From a virus (lineage: Duplodnaviria > Heunggongvirae > Uroviricota > Caudoviricetes): DNA of 50,019 nucleotides. The stretch lies in the IMG/VR virus record IMGVR_UViG_3300047560_001314; one strand, given 5' to 3'. Every line of letters begins with the position of its first letter. Position 1 is the first letter of the stretch. This document shows, piece after piece, positions 1 through 7,157 of this stretch. The notes beneath the pieces are model-generated. The model did no database searches and was not told where the DNA came from. It saw only the letters and a list, made by a program, of their open reading frames with translations. The position numbers and the translations under genes were made by a program.

Positions 1-137
1 CAAGACACTTTGAGAGAAACACCGATAGGCAACGCCTTTGGATATTCTGAAATAAACTGAGCAACTGCACCCTTTGAAGGGAGAGAAACTGACTTAGTTG
101 AGCCATTAAAAGACTCAAGTTTTACAATGTAGTTCAT
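1..137 (-). CDS. Small hypothetical protein, truncated at left edge (MNYIVKLESFNGSTKSVSLPSKGAVAQFISEYPKALPIGVSLKVS...)
   Basis: Manual translation; ATG at 137-135 preceded by RBS GAAAGGTGG; frame open to the window edge. Confidence 0.75.
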   Translation of the reverse strand, partial: MNYIVKLESFNGSTKSVSLPSKGAVAQFISEYPKALPIGVSLKVS

Positions 138-172
138 TTGAACCACCTTTCTTTTTTTAAGTTGATAAGACT

Positions 173-198
173 ATCCTATCAGACTAGACCGACAAATT
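173..198 (-). promoter_or_regulatory. Putative class-II promoter AATTTGTCGGT-N6-TGA-TAGGAT
   Basis: Identical 11-bp box and identical spacing to an extended -10 as the copy at 1062-1087; lies upstream of the ORF starting at 137. Confidence 0.6.
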
Positions 199-202
199 TA
201 GT

Positions 203-256
203 ATTTATTTGCTAAGGCTCACTGTGATTCTAGTCACATTTATTTGCTTAGGCTCA
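203..256. repeat. 19-bp direct repeat ATTTATTTGCT(A/T)AGGCTCA flanking a CRP-consensus palindrome
   Basis: Copies at 203-221 and 238-256 (1 mismatch), with TGTGATTCTAGTCACA at 223-238 between them. Confidence 0.85.
223..238. promoter_or_regulatory. Perfect CRP/GlxR-type box TGTGA-N6-TCACA
   Basis: TGTGATTCTAGTCACA read directly; matches the established CRP-family consensus. Confidence 0.6.
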
Positions 257-292
257 TTACCTTATTTATCTTTATTTAATTTTATAGCAACT

Positions 293-321
293 ATACTAGC
301 AGAGATACCTTGAAAAGTCAA
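293..321 (-). promoter_or_regulatory. Sigma70/SigA-type promoter TTGACT-N17-TAGTAT with extended -10 TG
   Basis: Minus strand reads TTGACTtttcaaggtatctctgcTAGTAT; near-identical to 1237-1265. Confidence 0.8.
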
Positions 322-420
322 GTTTAGACACGGACAATTTGGACATTTTTTAAGTGTTTTACATCACACCGCAAAAGGTATAAATCGGACATTTGGCCAC
401 GTCCCGTTTTTGCAAGTTTT

Positions 421-522
421 TTATTTTATTTTTTCTAAAATCTTTTCTAAATCTTTTAGTTGTTCTAAAGTTAGATGATCCAAATTAATTGCATCAGCAA
501 AACCAAAAATATCTTTTTCCAT
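421..522 (-). CDS. 33-aa hypothetical protein (MEKDIFGFADAINLDHLTLEQLKDLEKILEKIK)
   Basis: Manual translation; AAGGAG RBS; TAATG overlap with upstream ORF. Confidence 0.7.
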   Translation of the reverse strand: MEKDIFGFADAINLDHLTLEQLKDLEKILEKIK

Positions 523-620
523 TAGTACATCTCCTTTTCACATGAACGGCAAATTGAATTATCAGTGCAATAACAACTAGAAACGGTCATTGCGATTTCA
601 TTATCAAAGTCACGGTACAT
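522..620 (-). CDS. 32-aa Cys-rich peptide (MYRDFDNEIAMTVSSCYCTDNSICRSCEKEMY)
   Basis: Manual translation; TAATG coupling at both ends; CxC...CxxC motif. Confidence 0.6.
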   Translation of the reverse strand: MYRDFDNEIAMTVSSCYCTDNSICRSCEKEMY

Positions 621-808
621 TACTTACCTACTTTCCATTTAGAGAAAACGATTCCTCTATCTTCATCATAGAAAGAAAAGCGTGTGATATTTTGTTCACA
701 CACCTCGCAGAAGGTGTATTCATCTGCATCTTCTGCATTATATGCAACGATAGAGATAGCGGATTTATTAGGTGTGTGTGTTACACACTCTTTAATTAGT
801 GTAGTCAT
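620..808 (-). CDS. 62-aa hypothetical protein with CxxC (CEVC)
   Basis: ORF track; RBS AAAGAAAGGTGGT upstream. Confidence 0.75.
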   Translation of the reverse strand: MTTLIKECVTHTPNKSAISIVAYNAEDADEYTFCEVCEQNITRFSFYDEDRGIVFSKWKVGK

Positions 809-836
809 GTTAGACCACCTTTCTTTAGTAGTTATA

Positions 837-1013
837 TTAGTAAGCCTGAGTAGTGATTACTAAACGGCGTTCATTGCGTGTTGCAATGTTTTTCTTAGCG
901 ATTGGGAAGGGTAACTTATAGAGTGAAACATGTGTTTCTGTTTCAGTAGTTACAACACCTTCAAGAAACTTACCATTCTTCATGGTGATTTCTGTCCAAA
1001 GTTTGTTAGTCAT
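837..1013 (-). CDS. 58-aa hypothetical protein (MTNKLWTEITMKNGKFLEGVVTTETETHVSLYK...), possibly Sm/SH3-like small beta barrel
   Basis: Manual translation; RBS GAAAGGT; first gene after the promoter at 1062-1087; fold guess from pattern only. Confidence 0.7.
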   Translation of the reverse strand: MTNKLWTEITMKNGKFLEGVVTTETETHVSLYKLPFPIAKKNIATRNERRLVITTQAY

Positions 1014-1061
1014 TTTCTAACCTTTCTAGTTTGAGAACCTTTCTCAACTTTCTATGTATAT

Positions 1062-1087
1062 ATAGTAGCACCCACCACCGACAAATT
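1062..1087 (-). promoter_or_regulatory. Putative class-II promoter AATTTGTCGGT-N6-TGC-TACTAT
   Basis: Same box and geometry as 173-198; precedes the four-gene leftward operon. Confidence 0.6.
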
Positions 1088-1092
1088 GGAGA

Positions 1093-1215
1093 GGACAAAT
1101 TGGACATATGGGATATATGGGATTGTTATCTACATCACACTAGTTATCCACATAGTTATCCACAGGGCACGTGCCATGTCCAATATGTCCGTTTTGTACT
1201 GTGGTGTATATCACA
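1093..1215. promoter_or_regulatory. Putative replication-origin-like cluster: DnaA boxes, flanking inverted GGACA-N4-GGACAT sites, 10-bp palindrome
   Basis: TTATCCACA at 1144-1152 and 1156-1164; TTATCTACA at 1126-1134; GGACAAATTGGACAT at 1093-1107; ATGTCCAATATGTCC at 1176-1190; GGCACGTGCC at 1166-1175. Confidence 0.55.
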
Positions 1216-1236
1216 CACGACACGCCGATGTAGGAC

Positions 1237-1265
1237 TTGACTTTTTGATATTTATCTGCTAGTAT
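1237..1265 (+). promoter_or_regulatory. Sigma70/SigA-type promoter TTGACT-N17-TAGTAT (extended -10)
   Basis: TTGACTttttgatatttatctgcTAGTAT. Confidence 0.8.
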
Positions 1266-1380
1266 TACATACATAGAAAATTAAATAAAGATAAATCAAG
1301 GTCAATGAGCCTACCAAATAAGATAACAAATTGTTATATGAGCGTAGCAAATAAGTGACCTAAATCACACCCCCAAATGC

Positions 1381-1409
1381 TTGACTTTTGGCAGGGTATG
1401 TGCTAAGAT
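1381..1409 (+). promoter_or_regulatory. Sigma70/SigA-type promoter TTGACT-N17-TAAGAT (extended -10)
   Basis: TTGACTtttggcagggtatgtgcTAAGAT, upstream of RBS GAAAGGT and ATG 1460. Confidence 0.8.
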
Positions 1410-1459
1410 TTATCTATAAAATTAAATAAGAATTAAAATTACTAAAGAAAGGTAGTCAA

Positions 1460-1675
1460 ATGATTACACTAGATAAAAACTACATTAAGTCCGCTAAGTA
1501 CGGACAGTTCAACTTAGAACAGCGTATCGCTATCGCTGCTCAGAAAGTAGCCAATGGCGAGGTAGTATCCTTCCGTGGTGCTTCCGCTGATACCTATAAC
1601 AAGGTTATGCGTCTTGCTAATCGCATTAAGCAAGATATTGAATTCCCACAGTGCCCATGTGGGGAGTGTGAATAA
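1460..1675 (+). CDS. 71-aa hypothetical protein with C-terminal CPCGEC
   Basis: ORF track; RBS ACTAAAGAAAGGTAG; directly after two promoters. Confidence 0.8.
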   Translation: MITLDKNYIKSAKYGQFNLEQRIAIAAQKVANGEVVSFRGASADTYNKVMRLANRIKQDIEFPQCPCGECE

Positions 1676-1676
1676 C

Positions 1677-1811
1677 ATGACTATTTACGCTATCACTATG
1701 GACTATGAGTCTCCATTCGAATACTTTGCTAACAAAGTAGACGCTATTCGTGAATTAGGAAAGTCTTATCACCCTGATTATCATTACATTATAGAAATTG
1801 AGGTTAAGTAA
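1677..1811 (+). CDS. 44-aa hypothetical protein (MTIYAITMDYESPFEY...)
   Basis: Start moved to ATG 1677, two bases after the previous stop; the longer track ORF overlaps the upstream gene. Confidence 0.65.
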   Translation: MTIYAITMDYESPFEYFANKVDAIRELGKSYHPDYHYIIEIEVK

Positions 1812-1934
1812 ATGATAGATTCAATGTATGCTCACACATGCGATGCATGCGGTGACACAGGGATAGTGTTATTTAGTGCTAAAGAAATAAGGATTGACCC
1901 TTGTGCCTGTCCTCCTACTAAGGTGGGGGTGTAG
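1812..1934 (+). CDS. 40-aa zinc-ribbon-like peptide (CDACGDTG...PCAC)
   Basis: Manual translation; ATG immediately after previous stop; CxxC...CxC. Confidence 0.65.
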   Translation: MIDSMYAHTCDACGDTGIVLFSAKEIRIDPCACPPTKVGV

Positions 1935-1950
1935 TACTAAACTAATTGGG

Positions 1951-1986
1951 GGGTGTAGTAGTGAGATCGCAATTGCTACTACACTC
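1951..1986. terminator. Stem-loop after the rightward early operon
   Basis: GTGTAGTAG (1953-1961) and CTACTACAC (1976-1984) are inverted repeats; no clear U tract. Confidence 0.45.
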
Positions 1987-2115
1987 TACAAAAGTGCACA
2001 CTATATTTTTTGATTTTGTTTTATTATTTCCTGTATCATTCATCTGGTAAAAATATTCAGATTTGTGGGTATTTGGATTTTAAAAATTTTTTCAGAATCG
2101 TGCTATAATGAATTT

Positions 2116-2205
2116 ATGACTACAGAATACACTGGAAACAATTGCTGTGCAGCATGCACATGCGCTAATCCACATAAATCAGAGCCTATCTCTACAGAAA
2201 AGTAA
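2116..2205 (+). CDS. 29-aa Cys-rich peptide (MTTEYTGNNCCAACTCANPHKSEPISTEK), probably leaderless
   Basis: TGCTATAAT at 2101-2109 lies 6 nt before the ATG. Confidence 0.5.
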   Translation: MTTEYTGNNCCAACTCANPHKSEPISTEK

Positions 2206-2212
2206 TTTGGCT

Positions 2213-2371
2213 ATGCCTGAAAACACATTTGATCCTCAAGGTGGTTTTGACAACCTATCTCAAAAACTTTTCTCAGACATGGTTTGCAAAGAATGCGAAT
2301 CTAAACCCATGCTAATTACTGATAACATGGGTAGAGAGATGTTTTGGCAAGATCTGGGAAGACCAGAGTAA
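2213..2371 (+). CDS. 52-aa hypothetical protein with CKEC
   Basis: ATG 2213 within track ORF 2147..2371, 7 nt after the previous stop. Confidence 0.6.
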   Translation: MPENTFDPQGGFDNLSQKLFSDMVCKECESKPMLITDNMGREMFWQDLGRPE

Positions 2372-2386
2372 TTTTCGCAGGGTATA

Positions 2387-2572
2387 TTAAACCAATAACC
2401 CAGCACTCTGCATTCGATCATACATATTGCTAAGAATAAGACTCAATGTAGGCTGTGATTGAGCAATTTGAGACTCTGTATCAGACTCACTCATTCCAGA
2501 CTTAAGACATAACTCTCTATTATCTTCATTGATGCTATTTAGCATAAGTTCTACTGCTTGATCTTTTGTCAT
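2387..2572 (-). CDS. 61-aa hypothetical protein
   Basis: ORF track; last gene of the antisense three-gene cassette. Confidence 0.7.
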   Translation of the reverse strand: MTKDQAVELMLNSINEDNRELCLKSGMSESDTESQIAQSQPTLSLILSNMYDRMQSAGLLV

Positions 2573-2577
2573 TTATT

Positions 2578-2772
2578 TCACCATTTCTGTATAGGACACT
2601 CTGCTTGTTTGAGTGTAGATTTTAATTTCATAAAACAACCACATTTACGACATTTTGCTAGACCTTTATGGAACCATTCACATTCGTTGCATATTTTAAG
2701 GCGGGACTCAATGAGTTCACGATCTGATCTTGGCTGATTAGGATCAAACAAATCCGTAAACTTTACTTCCAT
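2578..2772 (-). CDS. Cys-rich small protein (CxxC...CxxCGC...CPxxKW; DUF6171-like), paralog of 9448..9681
   Basis: Motif CNECEWF...CRKCGCFMKLK...CPIQKW; family name recalled, not searched. Confidence 0.8.
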   Translation of the reverse strand: MEVKFTDLFDPNQPRSDRELIESRLKICNECEWFHKGLAKCRKCGCFMKLKSTLKQAECPIQKW

Positions 2773-3533
2773 TCTATCTCCTGATTATATGTAACAGAAT
2801 ACTCTCCAGTGAAGATCTCTGCATAAGAAATTATATCAGACATGTACCTCTTGACGGTGTTTAAGCCTACTTTGTCAGCCATATACTTCTTACCATCTAT
2901 AAGAGGCTTATGGGCTAATCCTTCTTTGATGAATGCATCATTGAGTGTTTGGATATATCGTTCTTTTCCAAATCTTTTTGAAGCAAATTCTTGTCTTAGG
3001 TATCTCCCCCGAAAAATTTCATCTGCTTCGATAACTTCTTCATCATTTCTCAAAATATAAGATACTGCCCCATGCTCCATCCTCTTAGACCAATTTCGCA
3101 TATTAGGTCCGTACTTTTGCATGTTCTGCAAAGTAGAATCGGAGAAAGCCATGCGTATGTGGTCGTCGGGAGATGTTTGAACCTCTGTTGCGAACGAAAT
3201 TAAAAACGCCGTTGCATATGGGAATTTATCGTAATACTTGTCGATTTGATATTTCTGGTTCGGATTAAAGGATCTCTCTGCTGCGCCGTCGCTTAAAAGC
3301 CTCATATGATTTCCAATTGACACATAGTCCGAAGTATTCATATCTATGTCGACGAAAAGACACTCTTTCGGCTCGACTCCATCGGCGAGACATAAAAGAT
3401 TTTTATCATATGTCCCAACCACCTCTGCGCCGTTGTATCGATTGATCAATTGCGCTGACATGAATCCATCCATATCTGGAGAAATTATCAATTTGTCAGA
3501 GTATGACAATGTGTCCAGTATGTCTGTTTTCAT
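2763..3533 (-). CDS. Divergent DHH-superfamily phosphoesterase-like protein
   Basis: ISPDMDG (DxDG motif I), FVDID (motif II), GNH where DHH is expected; 256 aa; AAGGAG upstream. Confidence 0.6.
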   Translation of the reverse strand: MKTDILDTLSYSDKLIISPDMDGFMSAQLINRYNGAEVVGTYDKNLLCLADGVEPKECLFVDIDMNTSDYVSIGNHMRLLSDGAAERSFNPNQKYQIDKYYDKFPYATAFLISFATEVQTSPDDHIRMAFSDSTLQNMQKYGPNMRNWSKRMEHGAVSYILRNDEEVIEADEIFRGRYLRQEFASKRFGKERYIQTLNDAFIKEGLAHKPLIDGKKYMADKVGLNTVKRYMSDIISYAEIFTGEYSVTYNQEIEWK

Positions 3534-3565
3534 TTATATAAAACTCCTTGTATAATAATACAGTT

Positions 3566-3853
3566 ATGAACGCTCAAGACTGGCTTGGCCTAATCCTTAC
3601 TTCATTGTCAATTCTAGCACTTGTTGCAGGCGCTGTCAAATGGTATGTCAATACTCAAGTTGAACCTATTAAGGAAGCAGTAGACGACATCAGAAAAGAA
3701 ACTAAGACAAACGGCGGATCATCAATGCGAGATGAAATTAGATTCATCAAAAAAGATAACGAAGAAGCAAAAAAGATCCGAGAAGAGCAAAAGCAAAAAT
3801 TAGATCACATGTATGATATTCTTTTAGAGTACATCGCTAAATCTGCAAAATGA
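3566..3853 (+). CDS. Membrane protein with N-terminal TM helix and NGGSSMRD motif (actinophage lysis-region-type)
   Basis: Hydrophobic WLGLILTSLSILALVAGAVKW followed by coiled coil; start moved to 3566 because the track start MYN lies in the TGTATAAT promoter. Confidence 0.7.
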   Translation: MNAQDWLGLILTSLSILALVAGAVKWYVNTQVEPIKEAVDDIRKETKTNGGSSMRDEIRFIKKDNEEAKKIREEQKQKLDHMYDILLEYIAKSAK

Positions 3854-3980
3854 TAGATTTCTAGTCTTTGATATATATAATATATATTTAATATAAAACC
3901 CTTTAGAGATAGTTTTCTTTTCTTATATATATTTAAGTATACACCATCCCTACATCTGATGTTCTATGACAAACTATGAT

Positions 3981-4042
3981 AAAACGGACATATAGGATTA
4001 TAACTTTTTGATAACTTTAAATATCATGTCCGTTTTGTACTG
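3981..4042. repeat. 11-bp inverted repeat AAAACGGACAT/ATGTCCGTTTT in an AT-rich intergenic region
   Basis: Arms at 3981-3991 and 4026-4036; 4026-4042 is identical to 1185-1201 over 17 bp. Confidence 0.8.
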
Positions 4043-4135
4043 ATATGATATAATTTATATACTACTATCAAGGAATGTTTTTCATACCCACCTTTCTTGA
4101 TAGTAGTATTATTTTAGTGGTATAATCTTTCTATT

Positions 4136-4522
4136 ATGAATACTTGCTGTAGCCCTGAGACCTTTGGTGCTGATCCCGTCCAAATTAAGTGGAATGTTGT
4201 CAGAGGAGATAAATCTTCAATTCGTGTTGAGTTTTTGAATGATGATGAAGTTACTTACTTTGATACATCTGACTGGTCATTTAAATCTCAAGCCTATGAT
4301 CCTAAGACTGATATTATTGATGAACTAGAAGTATCTGTAGGTGCAGGTTATGTAGATATTATTGCCAACTCTGATATTACACAGTATTGGGGTACTGGGT
4401 TTACTTCTATTGTAAGTGAATTATCTTTTGATCTTCAAGTTACTCTTTCTGACGACACTGTATGGACACCCGTCATAGGCGTTATACGAGTCCTAGGGGA
4501 TGTTTCAGGAGGAAGTCTATAG
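4136..4522 (+). CDS. Virion accessory beta-sandwich protein (BppU/Ig-like, 'RGD' N-motif family)
   Basis: WNVVRGD motif shared with 5357..5710 and 12094..12498. Confidence 0.65.
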   Translation: MNTCCSPETFGADPVQIKWNVVRGDKSSIRVEFLNDDEVTYFDTSDWSFKSQAYDPKTDIIDELEVSVGAGYVDIIANSDITQYWGTGFTSIVSELSFDLQVTLSDDTVWTPVIGVIRVLGDVSGGSL

Positions 4523-4524
4523 TC

Positions 4525-4611
4525 ATGGCTATCATTAAGGTTTCTAATACTCCTAAACCGCTTCCAGCAGTTATTCGCATTAGTGGAAAATCTTTTAAGG
4601 TAACAAAATAG
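4525..4611 (+). CDS. 28-aa hypothetical peptide (MAIIKVSNTPKPLPAVIRISGKSFKVTK)
   Basis: Manual translation; fills the gap between two genes. Confidence 0.5.
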   Translation: MAIIKVSNTPKPLPAVIRISGKSFKVTK

Positions 4612-4623
4612 GCGGGTTAATCA

Positions 4624-5349
4624 ATGGCTATTTCAAAAAGCGTTGATTTTCCAGTATCTAACAAAAGTAGTTATGCTGCACAGGTTGCACAAAGTAAGAC
4701 TAATAACAGTGAAGACAATACTCTTACATTTTTACCAGTACCTGGCCCACAAGGACCGCAAGGACCAGTAGGTAGAGATGGAAAAGATGGCAAGCCAGGA
4801 GAGGCTGGACCACAAGGACCAAAAGGCGATAGAGGTGAAAGAGGATATCCAGGCAAAGATGGTCAGAGTTCTTTATCATCATCAGGGCAGCAAGCAGGAT
4901 GGGCCTCATATAAGAGTACAAAAGATTTATCAATAAGACTTGGAGCAAACTTAGGATCTGATGGATGGGTTAGCGTTTTTATGGGGGACTCAGATAAGTT
5001 TGAAGATTTTATTCCAAATGACTGCGTTAGTTTATGGAACCAAGAACTGAGAACATTAAACTTCAAAGGTCTTAAACTTGGTGCACAAACTTTTATCACC
5101 TATAACTTTGAATTAACTACTTTTACTCCAAATACTGAGTTATGGGTTAGAACTCTTTTGGCTAAAAATGAGACTGGCATAGAGCAGTTAGTTGGATCAT
5201 TTAAATATCAGCATACTTATAACTTGTCTGTTACCCAGCAACTTTTCATTGAAAATAAAGATGTTTGGGGAATCCAGGCATTGCCACAGGCCAGAACAGA
5301 TTTTGACTCATCTATAATTCTTAAATCTATCTATGTCAGCGTGGTATAA
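4624..5349 (+). CDS. Collagen-like (Gly-X-Y) virion protein
   Basis: GPQGPQGPVGRDGKDGKPGEAGPQGPKGDRGERGYPGKDG run followed by a globular C-domain. Confidence 0.85.
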   Translation: MAISKSVDFPVSNKSSYAAQVAQSKTNNSEDNTLTFLPVPGPQGPQGPVGRDGKDGKPGEAGPQGPKGDRGERGYPGKDGQSSLSSSGQQAGWASYKSTKDLSIRLGANLGSDGWVSVFMGDSDKFEDFIPNDCVSLWNQELRTLNFKGLKLGAQTFITYNFELTTFTPNTELWVRTLLAKNETGIEQLVGSFKYQHTYNLSVTQQLFIENKDVWGIQALPQARTDFDSSIILKSIYVSVV

Positions 5350-5356
5350 TAAAAGC

Positions 5357-5710
5357 ATGGCATTTCCAGGAGAACTTAATTTAACATACTACAAGGGTGA
5401 CACCCAAGAGTTTCGCATCTATCCAAAGCAAAATGATGGGTCTGCGTTTAACATGTCTGGATATACGATCAAGTTTTCTATTGCCCCAACTAGAGGATCT
5501 TCTTCTGTTATTGAGTGTTATGCAGTAATTGATGATATTAATCCAACCATAGCAAACTGCACAATTAGACCAGCAGATGGAGCACAATTAACTGCTGGAA
5601 CTGGCTATGTCTATGATGTTGAGATCAAAAAGACAAGCACACCTTATGATTTAGTTTACACAATTTTGACTGGAACAGTTTCAGTAACTGAGCAGGTTAC
5701 TCAGGCATAA
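5357..5710 (+). CDS. Virion accessory beta-sandwich protein (BppU/Ig-like)
   Basis: YYKGDTQEF motif and YVYDVEI; leaderless ATG 6 nt after TGGTATAAT. Confidence 0.7.
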   Translation: MAFPGELNLTYYKGDTQEFRIYPKQNDGSAFNMSGYTIKFSIAPTRGSSSVIECYAVIDDINPTIANCTIRPADGAQLTAGTGYVYDVEIKKTSTPYDLVYTILTGTVSVTEQVTQA

Positions 5711-5712
5711 CT

Positions 5713-6291
5713 ATGGCTAACCTACTAAGTAACAGTGACATTACGGTTCTTGGTGGACCTTCAGAAGTAACTGTTAATTTAGATTTTGGTCCGACTGGTC
5801 AAAGAGGCAGTTATTGGATTGTTGGCAACGGAGATCCAAATGATCCAAATACTCAAATTGGCCAAACTCCACAAATACAGGATATGTATATAAATCTAGA
5901 CACAGCCAATGATGAGTATCTTTCTGTTTATCAGTATCAGGCTGGACTTGGATCTAACTCATGGGTTAAACTTTTAAACCTTATCCCTAACATTTTTAGT
6001 AGCAATATTATTTCTGAATTTTCTGCTGGCTCCACAACCATCAATCTTCCTTTGATTAGCATAGTTCCTCAATCAAATACTGGAAACCTTACAAGTGACA
6101 ACTTTAACCTTCAACACTCAATAGTTAACAACGCACACCCTCTTGCTTCTAGTCTAAATGTTGGTGATATTGTTACAGATAATGGCATTCAGGTTTTGCC
6201 AATTACCATTCTTGCTACTCAATATGCAGAAGGGGCCTGGGAAGATTTATCTGGACAAAAGACAGTCCACTTATTCATTTCCGTGGTATAA
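5713..6291 (+). CDS. Hypothetical virion/tail accessory protein
   Basis: 192-aa ORF in the structural accessory operon. Confidence 0.7.
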   Translation: MANLLSNSDITVLGGPSEVTVNLDFGPTGQRGSYWIVGNGDPNDPNTQIGQTPQIQDMYINLDTANDEYLSVYQYQAGLGSNSWVKLLNLIPNIFSSNIISEFSAGSTTINLPLISIVPQSNTGNLTSDNFNLQHSIVNNAHPLASSLNVGDIVTDNGIQVLPITILATQYAEGAWEDLSGQKTVHLFISVV

Positions 6292-6309
6292 TTTCGGTGG
6301 AGACTACCA

Positions 6310-7032
6310 ATGGCTGACGATATCAATTTAAACGGACCCTATAACACCAAGATGCCTGCCTATAATCAAAAGGCAGACATCCAAGAGGCATTGAAGTTGT
6401 TCCTATATGGAGATGGAAATCTACCAACTACTAGTTCTGAAATATCATCAGTATCTTTAGCAGGTCATTTAAAGACTCTTCAAGAAGGCATAGATACTTT
6501 AGATGCCAGAGGACTTGGATCTGAAGTTCTTTCTACTCAGCCAACTGGAGTCCCAGACGGTTTTATTTGGGTTGATTCAACTGCTTCAGCAAATAGCATT
6601 TCTGTTCCTATGTGGAAAATAAAGAGCAGCGGAAGTTTGTCTGGCGAATCTCTCTCAGTATCTTCTTTAAATGGAGAAAAACTATTTATTATTCTAAAAG
6701 ACTGGAGCCATGATAATTCTGGCTCAGTTGATTTCTCTTTAAGGTTTAACGGAGACTCTGGTCCAAACTATGTTAATACTGGCGGGTTAGTTTCTGCAAG
6801 TCATTTAAGTTCCCCAGAATTTCCAACAAGCGGAACATATGATATGACCGTTTCTGTTGATTTAGCAAATACAGCATCAGCATTGAAGCCAGTATCAACA
6901 ATTGCAGATATTTCTGCAGGATCTTATTTTGGTTATTACAAAAATACATCGCCTATTACATCTATTCAAATTATTCTTCCGTCAGGTACATCTTTTGACT
7001 CTGGATCATATGAAGTTTGGAGTTACGAATAA
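6310..7032 (+). CDS. Hypothetical tail fibre-like protein
   Basis: 240 aa; S/T/G-rich; PTGVPDGFIWVD fibre-linker-type motif. Confidence 0.65.
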   Translation: MADDINLNGPYNTKMPAYNQKADIQEALKLFLYGDGNLPTTSSEISSVSLAGHLKTLQEGIDTLDARGLGSEVLSTQPTGVPDGFIWVDSTASANSISVPMWKIKSSGSLSGESLSVSSLNGEKLFIILKDWSHDNSGSVDFSLRFNGDSGPNYVNTGGLVSASHLSSPEFPTSGTYDMTVSVDLANTASALKPVSTIADISAGSYFGYYKNTSPITSIQIILPSGTSFDSGSYEVWSYE

Positions 7033-7157
7033 TGGCTAAAGTAAAGACAACAGACGAACAACTTCGTGAAACAGGGATTGCAAAACTTATTGCAGTTACA
7101 GGAATCACAGAAGCAGAATTAAGAGCATTGGGGATTACATCAGATGGCAACAATTAA
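7032..7157 (+). CDS. 41-aa hypothetical protein (MAKVKTTDEQLRETGIAKLIAVTGITEAELRALGITSDGNN)
   Basis: Manual translation; TAATG coupling. Confidence 0.6.
   Translation: MAKVKTTDEQLRETGIAKLIAVTGITEAELRALGITSDGNN

Noticed and set aside
590-799. Plus-strand 69-aa ORF
   Set aside because: Antisense shadow of the RBS-supported minus-strand gene 620..808
1031-1240. Plus-strand 69-aa ORF across the DnaA-box region
   Set aside because: TTG start without an RBS; overlaps dense regulatory motifs; composition not protein-like
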